DNA of 32,000 nucleotides from Telmatocola sphagniphila (GTDB lineage: Bacteria > Planctomycetota > Planctomycetia > Gemmatales > Gemmataceae): NCBI RefSeq assembly GCF_018398935.1, contig NZ_CP074694.1, forward strand, positions 4,020,001 through 4,052,000, given 5' to 3'. The translations under genes and the position numbers were made by a program. The notes under the pieces were generated by a model, which ran no database searches, was not told where the DNA came from, and worked only from the letters and a program-made list of their open reading frames with translations. Below, piece after piece: positions 8,385 through 16,344 of the stretch (position 1 is the first letter of the stretch; every line of letters starts with the position of its first letter).

Positions 8385-8858
8385 TCACGAAGCCAACGCT
8401 TTTCGCTTCTCCGCGATGAACGGGACATGATGCGGTATGTGATTCGCCGCCGAGCTCAGCACGGCCTCCAGCGTCACCAATCCCTTGAGGCTATGTACGC
8501 CAGCCCGGTTGGTCGCTTCCGACGGCTTGACGGTGTTCAAAATCCGCCCCATCTGCTTGCGAGTGACCGCGATGAGTTCCAGTTCCTCGTTCAGATCCCG
8601 TTCCTGATATGCCAATTTGGTCACGAACAGATTCTCATCGGCCACCAGCAACAAAGGTCGCTCCAGAGCGATAATCCGCTTCATGCGATCGGCCAGAATG
8701 GATTCGAAATCGCTGATGTGGGCGACGACTTCGAGCGTGCTCCACTTGCCCGGGATCGGATGCGCGAGCAGTTGCTCCCGGGTCATGCCGCTGACGGCTT
8801 TACGCAAAACATCTATTCCGGAATGGTATTGCTGAATCAGTTCGGGAAAGGGAATCAT
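8385..8858 (-). CDS. DinB-family (DinB_2/YfiT-like) metal-dependent protein
   Basis: 157 aa. The His pattern is typical of the DinB four-helix bundle (...VVAHISDFE...ANHIPHHVPF...). Confidence 0.7.
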   Translation of the reverse strand: MIPFPELIQQYHSGIDVLRKAVSGMTREQLLAHPIPGKWSTLEVVAHISDFESILADRMKRIIALERPLLLVADENLFVTKLAYQERDLNEELELIAVTRKQMGRILNTVKPSEATNRAGVHSLKGLVTLEAVLSSAANHIPHHVPFIAEKRKALAS

Positions 8859-8999
8859 CGTACACCTCGAAGAGATGGGTTTTGAAGGAAGTTATTGTAA
8901 TCGACGGACATTTATGAAGGAAAGCAAAATTGACATGACTCGACGAAATTCCTTCCTCCCCCTAAAGCATAAATTCTCGCTAGTTCTGGAGGTTGAAAG

Positions 9000-10010
9000 A
9001 TGGCAGCAGCAATAGCACGCGTCCCGGTCACCGTTCTGACTGGTTTTCTCGGTTCGGGTAAGACCACCCTCCTGAACCATATTCTCACGGCCCACCACGG
9101 GAAGCGCATAGCCGTAATCGAAAACGAATTCGGTGAAATCGGCGTCGACCAGGATCTGGTAATCCAGACCGATGAAGAAATCTTCGAAATGAACAACGGC
9201 TGCATCTGCTGCACCGTGCGCGGCGATCTGATCCGCATTCTCGGCAACCTGATGAAACGCCGGGACAAATTCGATTACGTACTGATTGAGACCACCGGCC
9301 TGGCCGATCCCGGACCAGTAGCTCAAACATTCTTTTCTGATTCCGACATGCAGGAAAACTTCCGTCTGGATGGCATCGTCACCCTGGTGGATGCTAAGCA
9401 CGTTTCGCAGCATTGGGATTCTCATGAAGTCAAAGAGCAGATTGCCTTCGCCGATGTCCTGCTTTTGAACAAAACCGATTTAGTTTCCCAAGCGGAATTA
9501 GAGGAATTGCAGGCCAAGATTCACAAGATGAACGCCGTGGCCAAGATCTATCGCACGCAAAAAGCCGAGATCGATATGGATAAAATCATTGGTATCGGCG
9601 GCTTCAATCTCGATCGCATTCTGGAACACGAACCCGATTTCCTGCCCAAGGAAGAATCGCCCCACGACCATGAACATCATCACGAGCACAAGCACGAAGA
9701 TCATCACCACGATGAAGAAGTCAAATCGATCGGTCTTCTCATCCCCGGCGATCTTAACCCCAAAAAGCTCAATCGATGGGTTTCGGAACTCCTGGCCACC
9801 AAGGGCCCCGATATTTTCCGCATGAAGGGCATTCTCAGCATCAAGAACGATCCCCAACGATTTGTCTTCCAGGGGGTTCATATGCTCTTCGACGGCAAAC
9901 CGGGACGCGACTGGGCCGAGAAAGAGGAACGCACCAACCGGATCGTCTTCATAGGTCGAAACTTGAACCGCGCCGAACTGGAAGGCGGTTTTCGGAGTTG
10001 CCTGGCGTAG
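9000..10010 (+). CDS. COG0523-family GTPase (CobW/ZigA/YeiR-like metallochaperone) with a His-rich insert
   Basis: P-loop GFLGSGKTT, metal-binding GCICCTV (CxCC), and the NKTD motif. A His-rich stretch, HDHEHHHEHKHEDHHHDEE, is encoded at 9661-9720. GGAGG sits 7 nt upstream of the ATG. Confidence 0.9.
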   Translation: MAAAIARVPVTVLTGFLGSGKTTLLNHILTAHHGKRIAVIENEFGEIGVDQDLVIQTDEEIFEMNNGCICCTVRGDLIRILGNLMKRRDKFDYVLIETTGLADPGPVAQTFFSDSDMQENFRLDGIVTLVDAKHVSQHWDSHEVKEQIAFADVLLLNKTDLVSQAELEELQAKIHKMNAVAKIYRTQKAEIDMDKIIGIGGFNLDRILEHEPDFLPKEESPHDHEHHHEHKHEDHHHDEEVKSIGLLIPGDLNPKKLNRWVSELLATKGPDIFRMKGILSIKNDPQRFVFQGVHMLFDGKPGRDWAEKEERTNRIVFIGRNLNRAELEGGFRSCLA

Positions 10011-10123
10011 TGGACAATTCAGGTTCAGCCATAGGATTTTTCCTGTAAATCCGGTTGCTCAAATATGGGATTTAAGCGATAATTAGAACATCCGCTGGTA
10101 ACCTCATTTCGAGTGGCTATCGC

Positions 10124-11509
10124 ATGCTGAACCTGCCAAACCGCTGCCCCGGACCGCAATCGCGTAGAGAATTCCTTCGCACCGGCCTGTTCGGGCTCGG
10201 CGCCCTCTCGCTGCCGCAATTGATGCGCATGCAATCGCAGGCGAAAGCCAATCCGAGCGGTTCGGACGATACCTCGGTCATCTTCATCTGGTTGCCAGGC
10301 GGCCCGCCGCACCTGGAAACCTATGATATGAAGCCGGACGCCCCGACGGAGTATCGCGGCGATTTCAAACCGATCAAGACCAACGTCCCGGGCATCGATA
10401 TCTGCGAACATCTGCCGCTACACGCCAAGATGGCCGACAAGTATACTCTGATTCGCTCGGTCTCCCACACCTTCAGCGACCACGGCGGCGGCCATAAACG
10501 ATTTCTCACGGGCCGCGATCCCCAGGAACCGACCGGCTTCGTGAACGACCATCCCATGGTCGGTTCCATCGTCGCCAAGTGCCGCGAAGATCGCAATGTC
10601 GGTCTGCCTAACTACATCAGTGGCGTCGATAGCGGCCGACAAGGTGTGGATGTCTTCAGTTTCGGGGCCGCTTATCTGGGGCCGAGCTACACACCCTTTT
10701 TCGTGCCCGGCGATCCGCAGTTGCCCGATTTCAGCGTACAGAATTTGAAGATGTCGCCCGGCATGGTGGCCAATCTGGACGATCGGCAGAAGTTGCTTGC
10801 GAGTTTCGATTCGCTGAACCGCGGCATCGACAAAACGGGTACTATGGCCGCGCTGGATACTTTCGAAAAACAGGCCGTGGAGTTAATCACCAGTCCGAAG
10901 GCGAAGAAAGCGTTCGATCTTTCTCAAGAACCTCAAAAACTTCGCGAACGTTACGGCATGCATCGCTTCGGGCAGCGCTGCATCCTGGCCCGAAGACTGG
11001 TCGAAGCCGGTGTCAGCTTCGTCACCATGGTTCTGGAAAACCCCGGGGAGCTACCTGCAGACTGCTGCTACAACTGGGATTCGCATGCGGTGAATTGCCA
11101 CATATTCACCGATACCAAATACAAATTGAAGTTTTATGATCAGGCGATCACCGCACTGGTCGAAGATCTGCACAATCGCGGCCTGACCAAAAAAGTTCTG
11201 CTGATCGTCACTGGGGAATTTGGCCGAACGCCGAAGCTTTCGTACGAAAAAGGACGGCCTGGCCGCGACCACTGGCCCCAGGCCATGAGTATGCTGCTCG
11301 CCGGCGGCGGTATCCGACATGGCCAGGTGATCGGCTCCACCGATGCCAAGGGAGAACATCCCAAGGATCGGCCGCTCAGCCCCAACGATTTGTGGGCGAC
11401 GATGTATCAGCATCTCGGAATCGACCCCGAGAAGAGCTTCCTGGATAATCTCGGCCGACCGATGCCGATTTTGCCCTATGGCAAACCGATTGCCGACCTG
11501 TTTTCGTGA
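10124..11509 (+). CDS. DUF1501 domain protein (sulfatase-like fold) with a twin-arginine signal
   Basis: The N-terminus has SRREFLRTGLFGLGALS (Tat-like). The sequence also has ...IFIWLPGGPPHLETYDMKP...GEFGRTP...GRDHWP..., which is typical of DUF1501. Confidence 0.85.
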   Translation: MLNLPNRCPGPQSRREFLRTGLFGLGALSLPQLMRMQSQAKANPSGSDDTSVIFIWLPGGPPHLETYDMKPDAPTEYRGDFKPIKTNVPGIDICEHLPLHAKMADKYTLIRSVSHTFSDHGGGHKRFLTGRDPQEPTGFVNDHPMVGSIVAKCREDRNVGLPNYISGVDSGRQGVDVFSFGAAYLGPSYTPFFVPGDPQLPDFSVQNLKMSPGMVANLDDRQKLLASFDSLNRGIDKTGTMAALDTFEKQAVELITSPKAKKAFDLSQEPQKLRERYGMHRFGQRCILARRLVEAGVSFVTMVLENPGELPADCCYNWDSHAVNCHIFTDTKYKLKFYDQAITALVEDLHNRGLTKKVLLIVTGEFGRTPKLSYEKGRPGRDHWPQAMSMLLAGGGIRHGQVIGSTDAKGEHPKDRPLSPNDLWATMYQHLGIDPEKSFLDNLGRPMPILPYGKPIADLFS

Positions 11510-11643
11510 GATTGAATCTCAGTCTGCTTCGCGCTGAACCCCTTGGATAATTTCCATCGGGTTTAAGCGGTCGTTTGCTCTTTTTTTGTCAATCAAATCC
11601 TGTAAATCCTCTATCTGGCAAATCTACCAAGAGCTAGGCAGAC

Positions 11644-12339
11644 ATGATCCATCCGGAACATATTGAAAAGCATTTTACCGCATCGGAAATGGTGCGTGAC
11701 ATTGTTATCGGCATGGCCGATGGCTTGACGGTTCCATTCGCCCTCGCGGCCGGTTTATCGGGGGCCGTGGAAGCTACGCAGATCATCATCACAGCGGGCC
11801 TCGCGGAAGTGGCCGCTGGCTCGATTGCCATGGGCTTGGGCGGCTATCTCGCGGCCAAGACAGACGCCGAGCATTACGCTTCCGAAAAGTACCGCGAAGA
11901 GCGCGAAGTGGTGGAACTGCCCGAAGTTGAAGCAGCGGAAGTGGCCGAAGTCTTTCGCGGCTATGGTCTGCCGGATGACCAGATAGAGAAAATCGTTGAT
12001 TCACTTCGGAAAGATCCCGTGAAGTGGGTCGACTTCATGATGAAATTCGAACTCGGCCTGGAAGCACCTGACCCTAAACGGGCCCGAACCAGCGCTTTCA
12101 CCATCGCCGTTTCTTACATCGTCGGCGGTATGGTGCCATTAACTCCCTACTTTTTCGCCGCGACGGCCCGACAAGGCCTGATGATCTCGGCCGCCGTGAC
12201 TTTGCTGGCGTTATTAGTTTTTGGTTACATCAAAGGGCGGTATACTACAAGTCACCCATTCCGCTCGGCGTGGCAGACAGTGGTCGTCGGCGGACTGGCG
12301 GCCACCGCGGCCTTCACCATCGCCAAGTTGTTCGGGTAA
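11644..12339 (+). CDS. VIT1/CCC1-family iron/manganese transporter
   Basis: RDIVIGMADGLTVPFALAAGLSGA, an acidic cytosolic middle segment, and C-terminal TM helices. This is the typical VIT-family layout. Confidence 0.8.
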   Translation: MIHPEHIEKHFTASEMVRDIVIGMADGLTVPFALAAGLSGAVEATQIIITAGLAEVAAGSIAMGLGGYLAAKTDAEHYASEKYREEREVVELPEVEAAEVAEVFRGYGLPDDQIEKIVDSLRKDPVKWVDFMMKFELGLEAPDPKRARTSAFTIAVSYIVGGMVPLTPYFFAATARQGLMISAAVTLLALLVFGYIKGRYTTSHPFRSAWQTVVVGGLAATAAFTIAKLFG

Positions 12340-12411
12340 GCCGGACGGAAAAACATCGGAAGACTTCCTATCATCGTCCACACTGGAAGTAGCCGTGGGA
12401 ACGAATGCAGA

Positions 12412-13839
12412 ATGACCCGTCGAAAAATCAAACGCTGGATTCTGATAGGTTCTTTCCTACTGCTACTCTCCCTGATTGCGGGAGTTCTCTTCCTCATTTT
12501 CAACAATGATCTCGAGAGGCTTCAGGCCCAACTCGACCTGGAAGACCCCGGCTGGCGCTTCGAACAGTTAATCGAACAGCGGAACGCCTATAAGCCAGAA
12601 CCGAATAGCTTCTCTGTGATCGAAGAATTGATTCTGAAACACCCTGCCGCAATAGCGGCGCTGGTCAAAAGCCCGGATATCGAAAACCTAAGACTCTTGC
12701 CGGAAAAGCTTCCCAAGCAATTGGACGAGTGGCTCACGAAGGAACTCGCCAAAGACCCGGCCGCCGTGGAACTGGCTCGAAAACTAGTCAAGTATCCGCA
12801 GGGGAAGCATTCTCTTGAATACGATCAGAACTGGCTGAAAACCGATCTCAGTGGCCTTCAAAAATGCCGGGGAATCGCTCAGTTGCTGAGATGGGACGCC
12901 CTTCATCAGGCGCAAAATCAGAAGTGGGACACGGCCGTCCTCGACATTCGAGCCATTTTTAATGCGGGTCGTTCGGTGGAGGGTGAGCTCTCCCTGCTCG
13001 CCAATTTGATTCAGATGGCTTTGGATAATATCGCGATTCGCACCACGCAAGATATCTTGTCGCAAGGGGTATTGCCGGAAATTCTATTGCGAGATTTGCA
13101 GCGCGAGCTCGAACGGCAAACAAATCAAAATCTGGTCCTCTCCGGCTTTCGAGGAGAACGGGCCGCTTTTTTAGAGTTCACCAATCTCTTGCGGCGCGAT
13201 CCGGATCAACTGATGGGCTTTAATGCTTCCATTCACCCTTTACAGCGAACTTTGATGCAAATCACCTGGAGCTCGGATCAGGCGATGGGCCTGAAAATCT
13301 GTACGGAAATGGTGAAAGCTGCGATGCTACCACCGTATGAGGCGCTCGAAAAATTCAAGGAAATCGAAAGAGACTTTCCTACGATCGTCCGTTCCTGGCG
13401 ACATCCTCTGACACGAAATCTGATGGCGTCCGGACTGAGGATTTTCGAAGCCGAATGCAATCGCCGGGCGTTCGCGGGCTCATCTCTCATCGCGGTCGCT
13501 TGCGAACGTTACCGACTGGCGAAAGGCCAGTGGCCCGACCAACTCCAAGAGATCTGTCCCGAATATCTGGAAACTCTTCCCCTGGATCCTTTCAGTGGGA
13601 AACCGATGCTTTATCAAAGACTTTCCGATGGAATCGCCATTTATTCGGTGGGCAAAAATCGAATCGACGATCAGGGAGATCTCATTCGCCAGGAACTACC
13701 CGAGCCGCGCTCCTGGTCGCTGGATGCACAGGATTTTGGCGAAGCCTATCAACCTAAGGACACTGGCATTCGCTTATGGGATCCCGCGAATCGGGCCAAG
13801 AAAGCAGCAATTCTGCAGGATGTTCCGGGGGAAAAATAG
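12412..13839 (+). CDS. Hypothetical protein with one N-terminal TM anchor
   Basis: 475-aa ORF with the N-terminal helix WILIGSFLLLLSLIAGVLFLIF. The C-terminal segment LPLDPFSGKPMLYQRLSDGIAIYSVGKNRIDDQGD resembles motifs common in planctomycete hypothetical proteins. Function unknown. Confidence 0.6.
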   Translation: MTRRKIKRWILIGSFLLLLSLIAGVLFLIFNNDLERLQAQLDLEDPGWRFEQLIEQRNAYKPEPNSFSVIEELILKHPAAIAALVKSPDIENLRLLPEKLPKQLDEWLTKELAKDPAAVELARKLVKYPQGKHSLEYDQNWLKTDLSGLQKCRGIAQLLRWDALHQAQNQKWDTAVLDIRAIFNAGRSVEGELSLLANLIQMALDNIAIRTTQDILSQGVLPEILLRDLQRELERQTNQNLVLSGFRGERAAFLEFTNLLRRDPDQLMGFNASIHPLQRTLMQITWSSDQAMGLKICTEMVKAAMLPPYEALEKFKEIERDFPTIVRSWRHPLTRNLMASGLRIFEAECNRRAFAGSSLIAVACERYRLAKGQWPDQLQEICPEYLETLPLDPFSGKPMLYQRLSDGIAIYSVGKNRIDDQGDLIRQELPEPRSWSLDAQDFGEAYQPKDTGIRLWDPANRAKKAAILQDVPGEK

Positions 13840-14013
13840 GGATTTCCCGGAGTCCGCTATTGCTAAAAATATGGTCTAATCAGGTGTGGTGGAAATTGGC
13901 GATTTCTACCATGCGATTTGAACTGGACAGTTCATTCTCATCGGCAGGTGAAAGAGGCGACTCTCACCCCGAACCGTTTTTCGCTTGAGGTGAAATTGTT
14001 TCCTTGACCATTC

Positions 14014-14047
14014 GGGGTACAGGCACCGAAGCCCGAGCCAGTTCCCC
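14014..14047. repeat. Third, solo copy of the hairpin module found at the 3' end of each 302-bp repeat unit
   Basis: GGGGTACaGGCaccgaagcccgaGCCaGTTCCCC here, against GGGAACaGGCTccgaagtcaaAGCCaGTTCCC at 2948-2979 and a degenerate version at 2646-2676. The loop start ccgaag and the flanking ...agccagttcccctc are shared. Confidence 0.6.
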
Positions 14048-14112
14048 TCAGTTCCCCGAATGGATTTCCCACACTTCGCGGAAGAAAAGTCAGAAAACCC
14101 CGAGAAATAATC

Positions 14113-14169
14113 AAAGGTCATCAAAATTCCATTTTCCACTATCACAAATTTGATGATCTGATGACCTTT
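14113..14169. promoter_or_regulatory. Perfect 11-bp inverted repeat (AAAGGTCATCA, 35-nt spacer, TGATGACCTTT) about 145 nt upstream of the ECF sigma gene
   Basis: Read directly from the sequence. The right arm carries a duplicated tgatga (tgatgatctgatgacc), which gives an alternative pairing register. Function unknown: operator or RNA structure. Confidence 0.3.
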
Positions 14170-14312
14170 CCTGGGAAAACCCTATATTTTCGACGCCACT
14201 TCCCACCTTCCCAAACCGTATATCAGAAATTTCCTGTAACTATTCGGGAGCCGAGCTCATCCAACAAAGCAATGAAGAAATTCCATCGCTAGCAGGTCAG
14301 GAGCAGTTGGGA

Positions 14313-14942
14313 ATGGAAGGAATGTATTCGAGTACGCAGCCGAGTCCACCGGGGCCCTTCGATGAAAAAACCCTGCTCGCCAAGCTACGCAACGGCGATG
14401 CCGACGGCTTCGAATATCTGGTGCGTACCTGGTGCAGTCGGCTGCTGGCCGTGGCTCGCCGGATGCTGGCGAATGAAGAGGATGCCCAAGATTGCGTACA
14501 GGAAGCTTTCCTGCAGGCATTTCGCAAGATCAATGAATTCCAAGAGCGATCCGCTCTGGGAACCTGGCTGCATCGCATTCTGGTCAATGCCGCGTTAATG
14601 AAGCTACGGAGCCGGCAGCGCCAAGCGGTGGAGTTGGACGAGAATTTGTTGCCGCAGTTCGATGAGAGCGGGCACCGCGTTGGAAAATCGGCTAATCCCC
14701 GGTCCTCTGCGGAAGAGCTGGCCGTTCGTCAGGAAGTGCGGGAACAGGTGCGCGAAAAGATCGCCTTGCTTCCCGACGCCTATCGACTGGTACTGGTGCT
14801 GCGAGACATCGAAGGTTACGACACGGCCGAGGCCGCGCGAATATTGGAGATAACCGAAGTGGTTCTGAAGGTGCGATTGCATCGTGCCCGGGCCGCTTTG
14901 AAAAAACTGTTGGAGCCCCTGTGGAAGGAGGAACTGTTATGA
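14313..14942 (+). CDS. ECF-type RNA polymerase sigma factor (sigma-70 family, regions 2 and 4)
   Basis: ...DAQDCVQEAFLQAFRKINEFQERSALGTWLHRILVNAALMKLR... (region 2) and ...YRLVLVLRDIEGYDTAEAARILEITEVVLKVRLHRAR (region 4). AGGAG lies 9 nt before the ATG at 14313. The track starts at a TTG at 14307. Confidence 0.9.
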   Translation: MEGMYSSTQPSPPGPFDEKTLLAKLRNGDADGFEYLVRTWCSRLLAVARRMLANEEDAQDCVQEAFLQAFRKINEFQERSALGTWLHRILVNAALMKLRSRQRQAVELDENLLPQFDESGHRVGKSANPRSSAEELAVRQEVREQVREKIALLPDAYRLVLVLRDIEGYDTAEAARILEITEVVLKVRLHRARAALKKLLEPLWKEELL

Positions 14943-15205
14943 ACCCAGAAAAAATGCCTTTGCTCCTCACTTGCGAGGAGCTGGATAAATTCATCGTCGA
15001 TTACGTCGATGGCAAACTCACGATCTGGGAGCGGATGAAATTCCGGCTGCATCTGACCGGCTGCGCCAAATGCCGGGCCTATCTCGAAGGCTATCAAAAA
15101 TCGATTGCCATCGAAAAGAAGGTGTTCGAAGATCCCGATCGCTCGGCTACTTCCGAAGCGCCGGAAGAGCTGATCCAGGCGATTATTAAAGCCCGTCCCA
15201 AGTAA
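14939..15205 (+). CDS. Small soluble zinc-binding anti-sigma factor (ZAS, zf-HC2), RsrA-like
   Basis: Its ATG overlaps the sigma gene stop (ATGA at 14939-14942). It has the H-x3-C-x2-C motif HLTGCAKC and an upstream Cys (C12). There is no hydrophobic TM segment in its 88 aa. Confidence 0.8.
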   Translation: MNPEKMPLLLTCEELDKFIVDYVDGKLTIWERMKFRLHLTGCAKCRAYLEGYQKSIAIEKKVFEDPDRSATSEAPEELIQAIIKARPK

Positions 15206-15240
15206 TTTTCCATTTTGGAATTCCGCACGAGGAGACCTGT

Positions 15241-15807
15241 ATGCACTACTTCTTAACGTCCCTGATCCTGGCATTGCCGCTGGTATTAATCACACCAATT
15301 TCCAACTGGCCGACATTGGCTCAAGAGGTTTCTCCGGAAGAGGAGTTTCCCCGTGCTCCCGAGTTTCGCGACGTCACCGATTGGATCAATGGCCAGGCGC
15401 TCAAAATGTCCGATCAAAAGAATAAGGTTACGATCATCGCGTTCTGGACTCACGGCTGCATCAACTGCGTCCACAATTATCCTCATCTGCGCGCCTGGCA
15501 GGAGAAGTTTAAGAATACCAAAGAGGTAACTCTCGTCGGCATACACACACCCGAATTCGATAGCGAAAAAGACGTGAAGAAAATTGCGGCCCAGGCAGAC
15601 AAGCATCAGTTGAAATTTCTTATCGCCGTGGACAATTCGGGAGCCAACTGGCGCGCCTGGCAGAACCACTACTGGCCCTGCGTTTATGTAGTCGATGGAC
15701 AAGGTAAAGTTCGCTACCGCTGGGAAGGCGAACTGGGTGAAGAGGGTTACAAGAAGGTCACTTCCGTGGTGGAAGCCGCTTTAAAAGAATTGCCGAAGAA
15801 GAATTAA
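15241..15807 (+). CDS. Exported thioredoxin-fold protein (TlpA/DipZ-C-terminal-like redoxin, CxxC = CINC)
   Basis: Signal peptide MHYFLTSLILALPLVLITPISNWPTLAQE. The active-site context is IIAFWTHGCINCVHNYPHL. AGGAG precedes the ATG. Confidence 0.8.
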   Translation: MHYFLTSLILALPLVLITPISNWPTLAQEVSPEEEFPRAPEFRDVTDWINGQALKMSDQKNKVTIIAFWTHGCINCVHNYPHLRAWQEKFKNTKEVTLVGIHTPEFDSEKDVKKIAAQADKHQLKFLIAVDNSGANWRAWQNHYWPCVYVVDGQGKVRYRWEGELGEEGYKKVTSVVEAALKELPKKN

Positions 15808-16006
15808 TGCGAGCGCAATTATTAGTTGGACCTCAGAAAACCTACGCGGTCCGCGTTCTTCTTCAATTATTCTCCGGAGATTCCCTGTAACCTTTTCTTC
15901 GGGCTGTAATCCAAGTAGGAGTAATGCTCGAAAACACTCTAGACGGCGAATGGTTCTCCGCTCGGGAATGAGATCGAGATGTAAAATTTTATTTGAGGAG
16001 TTTAGG

Positions 16007-16270
16007 ATGAAAAAGACGATTCTCGCGGCCTTTGTGGTAGCTTCTTTCAGCGCCGTTTCCCTGACCGGCTGCGACGACAGCAAGACCAAGAGCACCGAAG
16101 GCAAAATGGATACGAAGATGAAAGGGAAGATGGATGACGGCAAGATGAAAGACAAAATGGACGACGGAAAGATGAAGGACAAGATGGACGATGGCAAAAT
16201 GAAAGACAAAATAGACGACGGAAAGATGAAAGGCAAGATGGACGACAGCAAAATGAAAGACGGCAAGTAA
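16007..16270 (+). CDS. Lipoprotein with about six tandem KMDDGKMKD repeats (Met/Lys/Asp-rich)
   Basis: The ATG at 16007 is preceded by gaggag. The lipoprotein signal is MKKTILAAFVVASFSAVSLTGC (lipobox LTGC). The mature part reads DDSKTKSTEGKMDTKMKGKMDDGKMKDKMDDGKMKDKMDDGKMKDKIDDGKMKGKMDDSKMKDGK. The underlying DNA has a 27-nt period across 16101-16267. Confidence 0.75.
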   Translation: MKKTILAAFVVASFSAVSLTGCDDSKTKSTEGKMDTKMKGKMDDGKMKDKMDDGKMKDKMDDGKMKDKIDDGKMKGKMDDSKMKDGK

Positions 16271-16344
16271 TCTCAGTCGACAACGACCGTCCGGGTGATG
16301 GTTTAAATCACCTCACCCAGCCCAGTCCCAAATCTTTTTTTGAT

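Noticed and set aside
10041-10052. Exact 12-mer tcctgtaaatcc shared with 11598-11609, upstream of the DUF1501 and VIT1 genes, as a common operator
   Set aside because: One 12-mer coincidence among the intergenic regions of a 32-kb window is close to chance expectation. The flanks do not align, and the sequence is not palindromic in a way that matches Fur or Zur boxes.
11510-11643. Mn (yybP-ykoY) riboswitch upstream of the VIT1 gene, and a cobalamin riboswitch upstream of the COG0523 gene (8859-8999)
   Set aside because: I could not find the conserved cores (GGGGAGUAG-type for yybP-ykoY, the GCCACUG B12 box) in either leader.
15781-16266. 161-aa minus-strand ORF with SSILSFILP repeats
   Set aside because: Its repeats are the antisense reading of the 27-nt repeats of the plus-strand lipoprotein gene. 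That gene has an RBS, a lipoprotein signal peptide and a lipobox. The minus-strand ORF has no start context.
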